From assembly GCA_046094825.1 (NCBI GenBank), contig JBJTIF010000126.1, positions 8,989 through 72,988 of the forward strand: 64,000 bases of DNA. The letters are read 5' to 3'. The stretch comes from Actinomycetota bacterium (lineage in GTDB: Bacteria; Actinomycetota; UBA4738; HRBIN12). Both the position numbers and the translations under genes were made by a program. The notes beneath the pieces are model-generated. The model was not told the origin of the DNA. It was given only the letters and a program-made list of their open reading frames with translations, and did not search any database. The stretch's first letter is position 1; every line of letters starts with the position of its first letter. Below are positions 1-10,334 of the stretch, piece after piece.

Positions 1-1
1 C

Positions 2-595
2 GCACGCGGCGCGACCCGGGCGGAGGCCGAGTCCGCGATCGATCCGATCGCGGTCGAGGTCGTGGCCCGGCTCGGCGACGCCGTCATCTCCGATCGCGGC
101 GAGGACCTCGAGACCCGGATCGTCCGCCTCCTCGTCGAGAGCGGTCGCACGCTCGCCGTCGCGGAGTCGCTCACCGGGGGTGAGGTCGGAGCCCGCCTCA
201 CCGCGGTCCCCGGGGCGTCGGCGGCGTTCCTCGGATCGGTGGGCGCGTACGCGACGGCCGCGAAGGTCGCCCTCCTCGGCGTCGACCCCGACCTCCTCGC
301 GCGCGAGGGCGTCGTGAGCGAGGCCTGCGCCCTCGCGATGGCCGCCGGGGCGCGCGAGCGCTTCGGCGGCGACGTCGCGCTCGCCCTCACCGGCGTCGCC
401 GGTCCCGACGCGCAGGACGGCATCGAGCCGGGGACCGTGTGGCTCGGGCTCGTCGCGGACGGCGTCGCCCACGCGCGCCTGCTGCGGATGCCGGGGGAGC
501 GCGCGGCCGTGCGGCGATGGGCCGCGCAGAACGGTCTCGATCTCGTCCGGCGCCACCTCGAGGGGCGCGAGCTCCCGACCGGCCCTGCCCGCTGA
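2..595 (+). CDS. cinA: CinA-family protein, C-terminal PncC-like (NMN deamidase) domain; 5' end probably outside the window (alternative GTG start at 62)
   Basis: The translation contains the CinA C-domain signature LAVAESLTGGEVGARLTAVPGAS...ALALTGVAGPD. The frame is open from position 2. Confidence 0.6.
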   Translation, partial: ARGATRAEAESAIDPIAVEVVARLGDAVISDRGEDLETRIVRLLVESGRTLAVAESLTGGEVGARLTAVPGASAAFLGSVGAYATAAKVALLGVDPDLLAREGVVSEACALAMAAGARERFGGDVALALTGVAGPDAQDGIEPGTVWLGLVADGVAHARLLRMPGERAAVRRWAAQNGLDLVRRHLEGRELPTGPAR

Positions 596-1137
596 TGCCC
601 GGCGGGTCGATCCGCCTCTTCGTGGGGGTCCCGGTCCCGGATGCGGCCGTCGCGTCGGCAGCCGCCGCGGCTGGTCGTCTCCTCACCGACCGGTCCGCCC
701 GTGTCGTCCCTGCGGGCTCCCACCACGTGACCCTCCGGTTCCTCGGCGCGGTGACCGAGGGCGACCTCCCCTCGCTCGTCGCGGCGATCGCCCTCGCGAC
801 CTCCGACGTCCCGGCGACGTCCGCCCGGCTCCGCGGGCTCGGGGCCTTCCCCGGCGGACGGCGGCGCGCCCGGATCCTGTGGGCGGGCGTCGCAGATGAC
901 GGGACCCTCGCCCGCCTCGCGGCCGCGCTCCGGGACCTGCCCGGGGATCGGCCACAGGAGCCCTTCGTCGCCCACGTCACGCTCGCCCGATACGACCCCC
1001 CGGCCCGGGTCCCGGAGGCCTCCGATGCCCCGGGCGGCCCCGTCGGGGAGGCCTTCCCGGTCGACCGGGTCGTCCTCTACCGCAGCCGCCCGGGGTCGGC
1101 CTACGAGCCCCTCGAGATCTTCCCCCTGGGTCGTTGA
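595..1137 (+). CDS. thpR: RNA 2',3'-cyclic phosphodiesterase / 2'-5' RNA ligase (LigT/ThpR family)
   Basis: Two H-x-T-x motifs are present (HHVTLRF and HVTLAR). Its ATG overlaps the cinA TGA (ATGA). Confidence 0.7.
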   Translation: MPGGSIRLFVGVPVPDAAVASAAAAAGRLLTDRSARVVPAGSHHVTLRFLGAVTEGDLPSLVAAIALATSDVPATSARLRGLGAFPGGRRRARILWAGVADDGTLARLAAALRDLPGDRPQEPFVAHVTLARYDPPARVPEASDAPGGPVGEAFPVDRVVLYRSRPGSAYEPLEIFPLGR

Positions 1138-1139
1138 CC

Positions 1140-1155
1140 CCGAACATACGTTCGG
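1140..1155. promoter_or_regulatory. LexA SOS box (GAAC-N4-GTTC, cCGAACatacGTTCGg) between a -35-like TTGACC (1133-1138) and a -10-like TACCGT of recA
   Basis: A palindrome matching the actinobacterial Cheo-box consensus TCGAAC-N4-GTTCGA lies 45 bp upstream of the recA ORF. Confidence 0.7.
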
Positions 1156-1200
1156 ATACCGTTCCCACGTTGCACGTGGGTAACTACGACGATGTAATCC

Positions 1201-2424
1201 ATGTCAGCGCCGGGGGCTAGCGTCCCCCGTCCGGGCGGAGGAACGCCCGGCCGGGCAGCTGCCCGGACGGACCAGGAGGAGGCTCCGATGGCTTCGGCTT
1301 CGCCCGACCGCGACAAGATGCTCGACGTCGCTCTGTCCCAGATCGAGAAGCAGCACGGGAAGGGCGCGGTCATGCGCCTCGGAGAGCACCCGATGGGAGC
1401 CGGTATCTCGGTGATCCCGACGGGGTCGCTCGCGCTCGACATCGCGCTCGGAGTCGGCGGCATCCCACGGGGCCGGATCATGGAGGTCTTCGGTCCCGAG
1501 GGATCCGGCAAGACGACCGTGACGCTCCACATCATCGCCGAGGCGCAGCGCCGGGGCGGCATCGCCGCGTTCATCGATGCGGAGCACGCGCTCGACCCGA
1601 CGTACGCGCAGCGGCTCGGCGTGAACATCGAGGAGCTCCTCGTCTCGCAGCCCGACTCGGGAGAGCAGGCGCTCGAGATCGCGGACATGCTCGTCCGCTC
1701 GGGCGCGCTCGACCTCGTCGTCATCGACTCGGTGGCGGCGCTCGTGCCGCGCGCCGAGATCGAGGGTGAGATGGGCGACTCGCATGTCGGACTCCAAGCC
1801 CGGCTCATGTCCCAGGCGATGCGCAAGCTCGCAGGGACGCTCTCGCGGTACGACACCACTGCGATCTTCATCAACCAGCTCCGCGAGAAGATCGGCGTGA
1901 TGTTCGGCAACCCCGAGACGACGACGGGTGGCCGCGCGCTGAAGTTCTACTCCTCGATCCGCCTCGACGTCCGCAAGGTCGAGAACCTGAAGGACGGCAC
2001 GGACGTCGTCGGTTCGCGCACCCGCGTGAAGGTCGTGAAGAACAAGGTCGCGCCGCCCTTCCGGCAGTGCGAGTTCGACATCATGTACGGGACGGGTATC
2101 TCCCGCGAGGGGAGCCTCCTGGACGTCGGCGTCGACCTCGAGATCGTGAAGAAGTCCGGCGCCTGGTTCACCTACGAGGGCGAGCAGCTCGGCCAGGGAC
2201 GGGAGAACGCTCGCCAGTTCCTCGCGGAGCACCGGGACCTCGCCGAGGAGATCGAGCGCAAGGTGCGCGAGGCGGTCGGGCTGAGTTCGTTCGGCGTCGG
2301 TGGCGACGCCCCGGCGATCGCCCCGGCACCGGTGGCGGACCTCGCGGAGGACGACCTCCCCGCCGACAAGGCCGCAGCGAAGCCGCGGGAACGGGCCGGC
2401 GCGGGTACCCCCGCCGGGGCGTGA
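1201..2424 (+). CDS. recA: Recombinase RecA (no intein; start may be the internal ATG at 1285)
   Basis: Walker [10 protein letters not shown] and the RecA core motifs [10 protein letters not shown] and IDSVAAL are present. An SOS box lies upstream. Confidence 0.9.
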   Translation: MSAPGASVPRPGGGTPGRAAARTDQEEAPMASASPDRDKMLDVALSQIEKQHGKGAVMRLGEHPMGAGISVIPTGSLALDIALGVGGIPRGRIMEVFGPEGSGKTTVTLHIIAEAQRRGGIAAFIDAEHALDPTYAQRLGVNIEELLVSQPDSGEQALEIADMLVRSGALDLVVIDSVAALVPRAEIEGEMGDSHVGLQARLMSQAMRKLAGTLSRYDTTAIFINQLREKIGVMFGNPETTTGGRALKFYSSIRLDVRKVENLKDGTDVVGSRTRVKVVKNKVAPPFRQCEFDIMYGTGISREGSLLDVGVDLEIVKKSGAWFTYEGEQLGQGRENARQFLAEHRDLAEEIERKVREAVGLSSFGVGGDAPAIAPAPVADLAEDDLPADKAAAKPRERAGAGTPAGA

Positions 2425-2939
2425 CGATCCCGCAGGGCCGAGGGCGCGCTCGGGAGCCGAAGCAGCCGCTCCCGCTCCACGAGCGCGCCCTCGGCCTCCT
2501 CGCGGTCCGGCAGCGCTCGCGCCGGGAGCTCCGCTCACGGCTCCTGCGGGCAGGCTTCGAAGCCGTCGCGGTCGATGAGGAGCTCACCGCGCTCGAATCC
2601 GTCGGCCTCATCGACGACGACGCGTTCGCGCGCTCGGTCGTGGAGCAGGCAGCGGGTCGTCGGCTCCAGGGCCGCCGGGCCGTCGCCTCGGCACTCTCGG
2701 CCAAGGGGGTCGACCGCGGGACGATCGAGCGGGCGCTCGATGAGCTCGACGGGCCGGGGGAGGAGGAGCGGGCGTTCGCGCTCGCTCGGACCCGCGCCTC
2801 GCGGCTCGTCGGCGCACCACCGGAGGCCGCGGCGCGCCGGCTCACGGACTTCCTCGCCCGTCGCGGTTACGCGCCGGGCCTCGCCCGTCGCGCCGCGGCG
2901 GCCGCGCTCTCCGTGGATCCCGACCCCGCGGATGCCTGA
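2421..2939 (+). CDS. recX: Regulatory protein RecX
   Basis: GTG start overlaps the recA stop (GTGA). The translation shows a RecX-like helical repeat pattern and sits in the conserved recA-recX arrangement. Confidence 0.8.
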   Translation: MTIPQGRGRAREPKQPLPLHERALGLLAVRQRSRRELRSRLLRAGFEAVAVDEELTALESVGLIDDDAFARSVVEQAAGRRLQGRRAVASALSAKGVDRGTIERALDELDGPGEEERAFALARTRASRLVGAPPEAAARRLTDFLARRGYAPGLARRAAAAALSVDPDPADA

Positions 2940-3160
2940 CGCCTTGTCTGCCGTCGCAGACCGGTCGTACCCTGATGGGGTACCGGTAGGACCCGAGGCA
3001 GCACTTCGACACGTGAACGTCCCGATGACCATCCAGACCGACACCATCGACCGGAGGACCGAGGACCCGCCCCGACCGGGGCTCGTCGCACCCTAGTCCG
3101 CCGACCGGACACGTTCGAAGCGGCATCCCGGGCCCTCCCTCGGACACGGAGGAGGACCGG

Positions 3161-4693
3161 ATGGAGACGGCGTACGTCGCAGCGGTCGCCCTGCTCGTCG
3201 GCGGCCTCGTCGGTTTCGCCGTGCGGCGCGCGCTGGGCACTCGGCAGGTGCACGGGGCCGAGGTGCGGGCACAGCGGCTCGTGGCCGATGCCGAGCGGGA
3301 GGCCGAGCGCCTCACCCGCGAGGCCCTCGTCGAGGCGAAGGAGCAGATCGGCGCGCTCCGGCGCGAGACGGAGGAGGACCTCCGCGTCCGTCGCGAGGAC
3401 GTGACTCGGCTCGAGTCTCGGCTCCTCGCGCGCGAGGAGAGCCTCGATCGCAAGCTCGAGGACGTCGAGCGGCGCGCGGAGGAGCTCGCGGATCGCGACG
3501 CGCGGCTCCGGACGGTGCGCGAACAGCTCGAGCAGGCGGCCGGAGAGCATCGCGCCGCCCTCGAGCGCATCGCCCAGCTCACGACGCAGGAGGCGAAGGA
3601 CGCGATCGTCGCGCAGGTGGTGGAGCAGGCCCGCCGCGAGGCGATGGTGAGCGTCCGCGAGCTCGAGCAGCGAGCGCGTGAGGAGGGCGAACAGCGGGCC
3701 CGGAAGATCGTGACGACGGCGATCCAGCGCGTCGCCTCGGAGCAGACCGCGGAATCGAGCGTGTCGGTGTTCCCGTTGCCCTCGGAGGACATGAAGGGGC
3801 GGATCATCGGTCGCGAGGGCCGCAACATTCGCAGCTTCGAGGCGGTGACCGGCGTGAACCTCATCATCGACGACACCCCGGAGGCGGTCGTGCTCTCGAG
3901 CTTCGATCCGGTCCGCCGCGAGACGGCACGCCTCACCCTCGAGAAGCTCGTCGCCGACGGACGGATCCACCCGTCGCGGATCGAGGAGATGCACGAGCGG
4001 TCGGTGCGCGAGGTCGACGAGCAGATCCGCCGGGCCGGAGAGGATGCGACGATCGAGGTCGGCATCACCGATCTCCACCCCGAGCTCGTGAAGCTCCTCG
4101 GACGGCTGCGGTTCCGCACCTCGTACGGTCAGAACGTCCTGCGCCACCTCGTCGAGTCCGCGCACATCGCGGCCGCGATCGCCGCGGAACTCGGGGTCGA
4201 CCCCCGCGTCGCGAAGCGCGGCGCGTTCCTCCACGACATCGGAAAGGCGGTGACGCCCGAGGTGGAGGGGTCCCACGCCCTCATCGGGGCGGAGATCGCG
4301 CGTCGACTCCAGGAGCCCGAGGACGTCGTCCACTGCATCGAGTCGCACCACGGTGAGGTGGAGCAGCGCTCGATCGACGCCGTGCTCGCCCAGGTGGCGG
4401 ACGGCATCTCCGGAGGTCGCCCGGGAGCCCGCCGCGAGAACCTCGAGACGTACGTGAAGCGCCTCCAGCGGCTCGAGGAGCTCTGCCTGGCCCATCCCGG
4501 CGTCGAGAAGGTCTACGCGATGCAGGCGGGCCGCGACGTGCGGGTCATGGTGAAGCCCGAGGAGCTCGACGACATCGCCGCTCAGCTCCTCGCGCGCGAC
4601 ATCGCGAAGCAGGTCGAGGAGGAGCTCCAGTACCCCGGGCAGATCCGGATCACCGTCGTGCGGGAGATGCGCTCCGTGGAGTTCGCGAAGTAG
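3161..4693 (+). CDS. rny: Ribonuclease Y
   Basis: N-terminal TM helix, a coiled-coil region, a KH domain (IGREGRNIRSFEAVTGV) and an HD domain (HDIGK...H). Confidence 0.85.
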   Translation: METAYVAAVALLVGGLVGFAVRRALGTRQVHGAEVRAQRLVADAEREAERLTREALVEAKEQIGALRRETEEDLRVRREDVTRLESRLLAREESLDRKLEDVERRAEELADRDARLRTVREQLEQAAGEHRAALERIAQLTTQEAKDAIVAQVVEQARREAMVSVRELEQRAREEGEQRARKIVTTAIQRVASEQTAESSVSVFPLPSEDMKGRIIGREGRNIRSFEAVTGVNLIIDDTPEAVVLSSFDPVRRETARLTLEKLVADGRIHPSRIEEMHERSVREVDEQIRRAGEDATIEVGITDLHPELVKLLGRLRFRTSYGQNVLRHLVESAHIAAAIAAELGVDPRVAKRGAFLHDIGKAVTPEVEGSHALIGAEIARRLQEPEDVVHCIESHHGEVEQRSIDAVLAQVADGISGGRPGARRENLETYVKRLQRLEELCLAHPGVEKVYAMQAGRDVRVMVKPEELDDIAAQLLARDIAKQVEEELQYPGQIRITVVREMRSVEFAK

Positions 4694-6034
4694 ATGCGCG
4701 GCCGCTACCTCCTCCGGACGTTCGGCTGCCAGATGAACGAGCACGACTCCGAGCGCATCGCGGGGCTCCTCGAGGGCGAGGGGCTCGTCGCGACCGAGGT
4801 CGCGGGGGAGGCCGAGGTCATCGTCCTGAACACCTGCGCCGTCCGCGAGAACGCCGACAACCGCCTCTACGGCAACCTCGGGCACCTGCGGCCCCTGAAG
4901 ATCGCGAACCCTCGGCTCCGGATCGTGGTCGCCGGGTGCCTCGCCCAGAAGGACCGGGGCGAGATCCAGCGGCGGGCACCCTGGGTGGACGTCGTCGTCG
5001 GCACCCACGCGCTGCCCGGCCTCCTCGAACTCATCCGGCGGTCGGAGGAGGAGGGGCCGCTCATGGACGTCGCGGAGTACACGGAGACGTTCGCGAGCGC
5101 CCTGCCGGCGGTCCGGGACTCGGCCCACAGCGCGTGGGTCTCGATCGCGGTCGGGTGCGACAACGCCTGCACGTTCTGCATCGTCCCGCTCGTCCGCGGA
5201 CCGCAGCGCTCGCGCGCCGTGGGCGACGTCCTCGCCGAGGTGCAGGGCCTCGTCGACCGGGGTGTCGTCGAGATCACGCTCCTCGGACAGAACGTGAACA
5301 CGTTCGGCCGCGATCTCACGGTCCCCGGCTCCGATCGCCGTTCGCGCTTCGCGGAGCTCCTCCGCGCCGTCTGCGCGGTCGACGGCCTGCGACGGCTCCG
5401 GTTCACGAGCCCCCATCCCCACGACTTCACGCCCGACGTCATCGCCGCGATGGCGGAGACGCCGTCCGTGTGCGAGCACATCCATTTCCCGCTCCAGTCG
5501 GGGTCCGACCGCATCCTGCGGACGATGCAGCGGTCGTACCGGGCCGAGCGGTACCTCGGGTGGCTGGACGCGATCCGAGCGGCGATCCCGGAGGTCGCCG
5601 TGTCCACCGACGTGATCGTCGGGTTCCCCGGGGAGACCGAGGACGACTTCGCGGCCACCCTCGATGTCGTCGGACGGGCGGGGTTCGATCAGGCGTACAC
5701 GTTCCAGTACTCGCCGAGACCGGGGACGGTCGCGGGCTCGATGGAGGACCAGGTCGCGAAGGAGGTCGTGCAGGAGCGCTTCGAGCGACTCGTCGCGCTC
5801 CAGGAGGGCATCTCCCTCGAGCGCATGCGGGGTCGCCTCGGGCAGGTCGAGGAGGTCCTCGTCGAGGGGACGGGGCGCAAGGGCGGGGTGCAGGGCAGGA
5901 CGCGGACGAACCGCGTCGTCCACCTCCCGGAGGACGGGTCGCCGATCGTCGCCGGAACGTTCCTCGACGCCCGGATCGTCTCCGCGCACCCGCACCACCT
6001 CGTGGCCGAGCGGGTCCCGGCCGCGGTCGCATGA
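4694..6034 (+). CDS. miaB: tRNA-i6A37 methylthiotransferase MiaB
   Basis: The MTTase N-terminus has a Cys motif and the radical-SAM CxxxCxxC (CDNACTFC). Its ATG directly follows the rny stop. Confidence 0.9.
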   Translation: MRGRYLLRTFGCQMNEHDSERIAGLLEGEGLVATEVAGEAEVIVLNTCAVRENADNRLYGNLGHLRPLKIANPRLRIVVAGCLAQKDRGEIQRRAPWVDVVVGTHALPGLLELIRRSEEEGPLMDVAEYTETFASALPAVRDSAHSAWVSIAVGCDNACTFCIVPLVRGPQRSRAVGDVLAEVQGLVDRGVVEITLLGQNVNTFGRDLTVPGSDRRSRFAELLRAVCAVDGLRRLRFTSPHPHDFTPDVIAAMAETPSVCEHIHFPLQSGSDRILRTMQRSYRAERYLGWLDAIRAAIPEVAVSTDVIVGFPGETEDDFAATLDVVGRAGFDQAYTFQYSPRPGTVAGSMEDQVAKEVVQERFERLVALQEGISLERMRGRLGQVEEVLVEGTGRKGGVQGRTRTNRVVHLPEDGSPIVAGTFLDARIVSAHPHHLVAERVPAAVA

Positions 6035-6954
6035 CGGGTCCCCTCCTCGCCCTCGTCGGTCCGACCGCGAGCGGCAAGACGGCGGTGGCCCTCGCGATCG
6101 CCGAGGCGCTCGACGCGGAGATCGTCTCCGTCGACTCGATGCTCCTGTACCGCGGGCTGGACATCGGGACGGCCAAGCCGACGCCCGCGGAGCGCGCCCG
6201 CGTCCCGCACCACCTCGTCGACATCGCGGACCCGGGGGAGGCGTTCTCCGTGCAGCGCTACCAGGAGCTCGCACGCGTCGCGCTCGCGGGCATCGCGGCC
6301 CGGGGCCGGCGGGCGCTCCTCGTCGGAGGGTCCGGGCTCTACTTCCGGGCGGTCGTCGACGACCTCGAGTTCCCCGCGACCGATCCCGACCTCCGCGCCG
6401 CGCTCGAGGCCGAGGCGGAGCGGGAGGGGCAGCCCGCCCTCTACGCGCGGCTCGCCGCGACCGATCCGATCGCGGCGAGCCGCATCGAGCCCGGCAACGT
6501 GCGCCGGACGGTGCGGGCGCTCGAGGTCGCGGCGGTGACCGGTCGGCCCTTCTCGTCCTTCGGGAGCGACTGGGGGGCCTACCCGAGCGAGCGCGTCAGA
6601 GCCGTGGGGGTGCTCCCGGATCGCGCGGCGATCGACCGACGCATCGAGGCGCGCGTCCGTTCGATGGTCGACGCGGGGTTCGTCGACGAGGTGCGCGGCC
6701 TGCTCGCGCGCGGGGGCATCGGGCGCATCACCGCCGGGCAGGCCATCGGCTACGCTGACGTCGCGCGCCATCTGGCAGGGGAGACGACGATCGAGGACGC
6801 GATCGAGGCGACGGTCCGGCGGACCCGGGCGCTCGCGCGTCGCCAGATCGCCTGGTTCCGTCGCGACCCCCGCGTGGAGTGGATCGCGACGCCCGATGGC
6901 GCCGAGGCCGTCGCGGGCGAACTCCTCGACCGCCTCGCCGGGAGGGCGGCGTGA
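6031..6954 (+). CDS. miaA: tRNA dimethylallyltransferase MiaA
   Basis: P-loop GPTASGKT and the [13 protein letters not shown] motif are present. The start overlaps the miaB stop (ATGA). Confidence 0.85.
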   Translation: MTGPLLALVGPTASGKTAVALAIAEALDAEIVSVDSMLLYRGLDIGTAKPTPAERARVPHHLVDIADPGEAFSVQRYQELARVALAGIAARGRRALLVGGSGLYFRAVVDDLEFPATDPDLRAALEAEAEREGQPALYARLAATDPIAASRIEPGNVRRTVRALEVAAVTGRPFSSFGSDWGAYPSERVRAVGVLPDRAAIDRRIEARVRSMVDAGFVDEVRGLLARGGIGRITAGQAIGYADVARHLAGETTIEDAIEATVRRTRALARRQIAWFRRDPRVEWIATPDGAEAVAGELLDRLAGRAA

Positions 6955-7832
6955 GCGCCCCGGTCGACCTCGCCGTCTCGAAGTACCACGGCACCGGCAA
7001 CGACTTCGTCATGGTCCTCGACCTCGAGGACGCGCGACCGATCGACGCCCCGCTCGCCGCGGCCCTCTGCGACCGGAGGTTCGGGGTCGGTGGAGACGGC
7101 GTGATCCGCGTCACCCGCGACCCCGACGGCGCCGACCTGTTCATGGACTACCGCAACGCCGACGGCTCGCTCGCGGAGATGTGCGGCAACGGTATCCGGT
7201 GCCTCGCCGCGTTCGCCGTCGACCGCGGCGTGCGCTCGTCCGACACGCTCACCGTCGGGACCCGTTCGGGACGCAAGCACCTCCGGCTCGACCTCGACGC
7301 GGGGTGCGTCCGGAGCGTGACGGTCGCGATGGGGGCGCCGGCACTCGAACCCGCGGCGATCCCGATGGCGGGTCCTTCGGCGCAGCCACTCATCGGGGCC
7401 CCGTTCGACGCACCCGACGGTCGCACGTATCGGGCGACCGCCGTCTCGATGGGCAACCCGCACCTCGTCCTCCACCTCGAGGACGATCCGACCACCGCCC
7501 CGGTGACGACGCTCGGTCCCGCCATCGAGCGCGACCCCCGGTTCCCCGAAGGGGTGAACGTCGAGTTCGCCCAGGTCCGCGACGGCGTCGTCGTCGCGCG
7601 CGTGTGGGAGCGCGGGGTGGGCGAGACGAAGGCCTGCGGCACGGGCGCCTGCGCCGTCGTCGTCGCGACCCACGCCAGCGGGCTCACCGCCGCGCGCGCG
7701 ACGGTCCGGTTCCCGGGGGGCGACCTCCTCGTCGAACGCGGCGAGGACGATGTCACGCTCACCGGCCCCGCGGAGCGAGCGTTCGACGGGGTCGTCCCCG
7801 CGTCCTGGTTCTCGGCACGGGGGTTCGCGTGA
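6951..7832 (+). CDS. dapF: Diaminopimelate epimerase
   Basis: Contains KYHGTGNDFV and the catalytic Cys motifs MCGNG and CGTGA. The GTG start overlaps the miaA stop. Confidence 0.85.
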   Translation: MSAPVDLAVSKYHGTGNDFVMVLDLEDARPIDAPLAAALCDRRFGVGGDGVIRVTRDPDGADLFMDYRNADGSLAEMCGNGIRCLAAFAVDRGVRSSDTLTVGTRSGRKHLRLDLDAGCVRSVTVAMGAPALEPAAIPMAGPSAQPLIGAPFDAPDGRTYRATAVSMGNPHLVLHLEDDPTTAPVTTLGPAIERDPRFPEGVNVEFAQVRDGVVVARVWERGVGETKACGTGACAVVVATHASGLTAARATVRFPGGDLLVERGEDDVTLTGPAERAFDGVVPASWFSARGFA

Positions 7833-8983
7833 GACCGGCGGCCCGCGTGGACGCGCTGCCTCCGTACCTCTTCGCCTCGCTCGACGCGAAGCTCTCCGCC
7901 CGCCGCGCGCAGGGCGTCGACGTGATCTCGCTCGGGGTCGGCGACCCCGATCTCCCGACGCCCGACTACGTGCTCGACGCGATGCGCGAGGCGATCGCCG
8001 ATCCCGCCACGCACCGGTACCCGAGCTACATCGGGAGCCCGGAGTTCCGTCGGGCCGTCGCCGACTGGTACCGGCGGCGCTTCGCCGTGGAGCTCGACCC
8101 CGACATGGAGGTCATGGCGCTCATCGGGTCGAAGGAGGGTCTCGGCCACCTCTCGTTCGCCTTCGTCGACCCCGGGGACGAGGCGCTCGTCCCCGACCCC
8201 GGCTACCCCGTCTACGCGACGTCGACGCGCCTCGCGGGCGGGACCCCCGTGTCGCTCCCGATGCCCGCCGAGCGCGGATTCCTCCCCGACCTCGATGCGG
8301 TCGCCCCGGGCGCGCGCACGAAGCTCCTGTGGCTGAACGTCCCGACGAACCCCACCGCGGCGGTCGCCGACCTCGGGACGTTCGAGCGCGCGGTCGCGTT
8401 CGCCCGCGAGCACGACCTCCTGCTCGCCCACGACGCGGCGTACTCCGAGATCACCTTCGACGGCTACGTCGCTCCGTCGGTGCTCCAGGTTCCCGGTGCG
8501 AAGGACGTCGCCCTCGAGTTCGGATCGCTCTCGAAGTTCTTCAACATGACCGGGTGGCGGATCGGCTGGGCCGTCGGTTCCGCGGAGGCGCTCCGGGCGC
8601 TCGGGGTCGTGAAGACGAACCTCGACTCGGGGCAGTTCACGGCGATCCAGCGCGCCGCCATCGCGGCCCTGGAGCGCCCGCTCACCGACCTCGATGGCCT
8701 CCGCGCGACGTACCGCGATCGGCGTGACCGCATCGTCTCGACGCTGAACGGCCTCGGGTGGCGCCTCGAGCCCCCGAAGGGGTCCTGCTACGTGTGGGCT
8801 CCGACGCCGGAGGGGATGACCTCGACGGCGTTCGCCGACCTCCTCCTCGACCGGGCGGGCGTGTTCGTCGCACCGGGGAGCGGGTACGGGGCGCGGGGCG
8901 AGGGCTACGTCCGCTTCTCGCTCACGGTGGCCGACGACCGCCTCGACGAGGCGCTCGAGCGCCTCCGGACGACCCTCGCCTAG
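7829..8983 (+). CDS. Class-I PLP-dependent aminotransferase, probably LL-diaminopimelate aminotransferase (DapL-like), translationally coupled to dapF
   Basis: Aminotransferase fold signatures are present (NPTG-like and SLSKFFNMTGWRIGW with a Lys). The GTG start overlaps the dapF stop. Confidence 0.55.
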   Translation: MRPAARVDALPPYLFASLDAKLSARRAQGVDVISLGVGDPDLPTPDYVLDAMREAIADPATHRYPSYIGSPEFRRAVADWYRRRFAVELDPDMEVMALIGSKEGLGHLSFAFVDPGDEALVPDPGYPVYATSTRLAGGTPVSLPMPAERGFLPDLDAVAPGARTKLLWLNVPTNPTAAVADLGTFERAVAFAREHDLLLAHDAAYSEITFDGYVAPSVLQVPGAKDVALEFGSLSKFFNMTGWRIGWAVGSAEALRALGVVKTNLDSGQFTAIQRAAIAALERPLTDLDGLRATYRDRRDRIVSTLNGLGWRLEPPKGSCYVWAPTPEGMTSTAFADLLLDRAGVFVAPGSGYGARGEGYVRFSLTVADDRLDEALERLRTTLA

Positions 8984-8986
8984 CCC

Positions 8987-10312
8987 GTGGCGAAGGATCG
9001 GAGCCGGCGCGGCGTCCACGAGGGCACGATGCTCGAGTCGCCGCTCTCGGCGACGTGGCGCCCCCGCGTCCGCGAGCGCGCGGTCCTCGTCGGCGTCGGC
9101 CCGGGCAAGACCGAGACCGATCTCGACGAGCTCGCGGCCCTCGCGGACTCCGCCGGCGCCGAGGCCGTCGGTCGCCTCGTCCAGACCCGGGCCGACCCCG
9201 ACCCCGCGACGTTCGTGGGGCGCGGGAAGGTCGAGGAGATCGCGCGCACGGTGCGGTCGCTCCGCGCGGACGCGGTGATCTTCGATGACGAACTCTCGCC
9301 GGGGCAGCTCCGCAACCTCGAGGAACGCCTGAAGACGAAGGTCATCGACCGGACGGCGCTCATCCTCGACATCTTCGCGCTCCACGCGCGCTCGCGGGAG
9401 GGCAAGGCGCAGGTCGAGCTCGCGCAGCTGAACTACCTCCTGCCGCGGCTCCGCGGGTGGGGTGAGGCGATGTCCCGTCTCGGTGGTGGTATCGGCACGC
9501 GCGGCCCGGGAGAGACGAAGATCGAGGTCGACCGCCAGCACATCCGTCGGCGGATCGCGAAGCTCCGGCGCGACCTGAAGGACCTGGCGCGGACCCGGGA
9601 TGTGAAGCGCTCCGGGCGCATCCGGTCGGGGGTCCCCCAGATCGCGATCGCGGGCTACACGAACGCCGGCAAGTCCACCCTCCTGAACGCGCTCACGCAG
9701 GCGGACGCCCTCGTCGCCGACCAGCTGTTCGCGACCCTCGACCCGACGACGCGGCGTCTCGACCTGCCGGCCGGCCGCGGTGCGGTCCTCACCGACACCG
9801 TCGGGTTCGTCGGCAAGCTCCCGCACCAGCTCGTGGAGGCGTTCCGCTCGACCCTCGAGGAGGTCACGACGGCCTCCCTCGTACTCCACGTCGCGGACGC
9901 CTCCTCGCCCGACCTCCGGCAGCAGGTCGCGGCGGTGCGTGGGGTCCTCGCGGAGATCGGCGCCGCGGCGCTGCCGGAGATCGTCGCGTTGAACAAGATC
10001 GACCTCGTCGGGGACGACGGGCGGCGGTCGCTCGCGGAGCGCTACCCGGATGCGGTGCCGATCTCCGCGGTGACGGGGGAGGGGCTCGAAGCGCTCCTCG
10101 TCCGACTCGCGGACGCCGTCCCTCGGCCTCCGTACGTCGTCGAACTCCTCGTACCGTTCGGACGCGAGGACGTGATCGCCCGGCTCCACCGCGATGCCGA
10201 GGTGCTCTCGGAGCAGGTCACCGACGACGGGACCGTCGTGCGGGCTCGCATCGGCGATCGCGACCTGGCGGTCGCGGGAGACTTCGTGATCTCCGGCGGC
10301 GCGACCGCGTAG
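8987..10312 (+). CDS. hflX: GTPase HflX
   Basis: HflX N-domain followed by G-domain motifs (GYTNAGKST, DTVGF, NKID). Confidence 0.85.
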   Translation: MAKDRSRRGVHEGTMLESPLSATWRPRVRERAVLVGVGPGKTETDLDELAALADSAGAEAVGRLVQTRADPDPATFVGRGKVEEIARTVRSLRADAVIFDDELSPGQLRNLEERLKTKVIDRTALILDIFALHARSREGKAQVELAQLNYLLPRLRGWGEAMSRLGGGIGTRGPGETKIEVDRQHIRRRIAKLRRDLKDLARTRDVKRSGRIRSGVPQIAIAGYTNAGKSTLLNALTQADALVADQLFATLDPTTRRLDLPAGRGAVLTDTVGFVGKLPHQLVEAFRSTLEEVTTASLVLHVADASSPDLRQQVAAVRGVLAEIGAAALPEIVALNKIDLVGDDGRRSLAERYPDAVPISAVTGEGLEALLVRLADAVPRPPYVVELLVPFGREDVIARLHRDAEVLSEQVTDDGTVVRARIGDRDLAVAGDFVISGGATA

Positions 10313-10334
10313 CGCTCGCGCCGCCGCGCGGGAT

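Noticed and set aside
1201-2424. RecA intein (as in M. tuberculosis)
   Set aside because: The protein length (~380-407 aa) and continuous RecA motifs leave no room for an intein.
2961-2986. Hairpin with a GGTACC palindrome after recX as an intrinsic terminator
   Set aside because: Short 6-7 bp stem with no downstream U-tract. Cannot be supported.
2940-3160. Small ORF (MTIQTDTIDRRTEDPPRPGLVAP) in the recX-rny gap
   Set aside because: No RBS, and it is the tail of a long GC-artefact ORF. No support for it being coding.
2867-6274. Very long minus-strand ORFs (1135 aa here; also 7148..10189, 1013 aa, and 46943..53965, 2340 aa)
   Set aside because: They are antisense to well-conserved plus-strand genes. 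Their R/A/G/P/D-rich composition is typical of open antisense frames in ~72% GC DNA. No homology signal.
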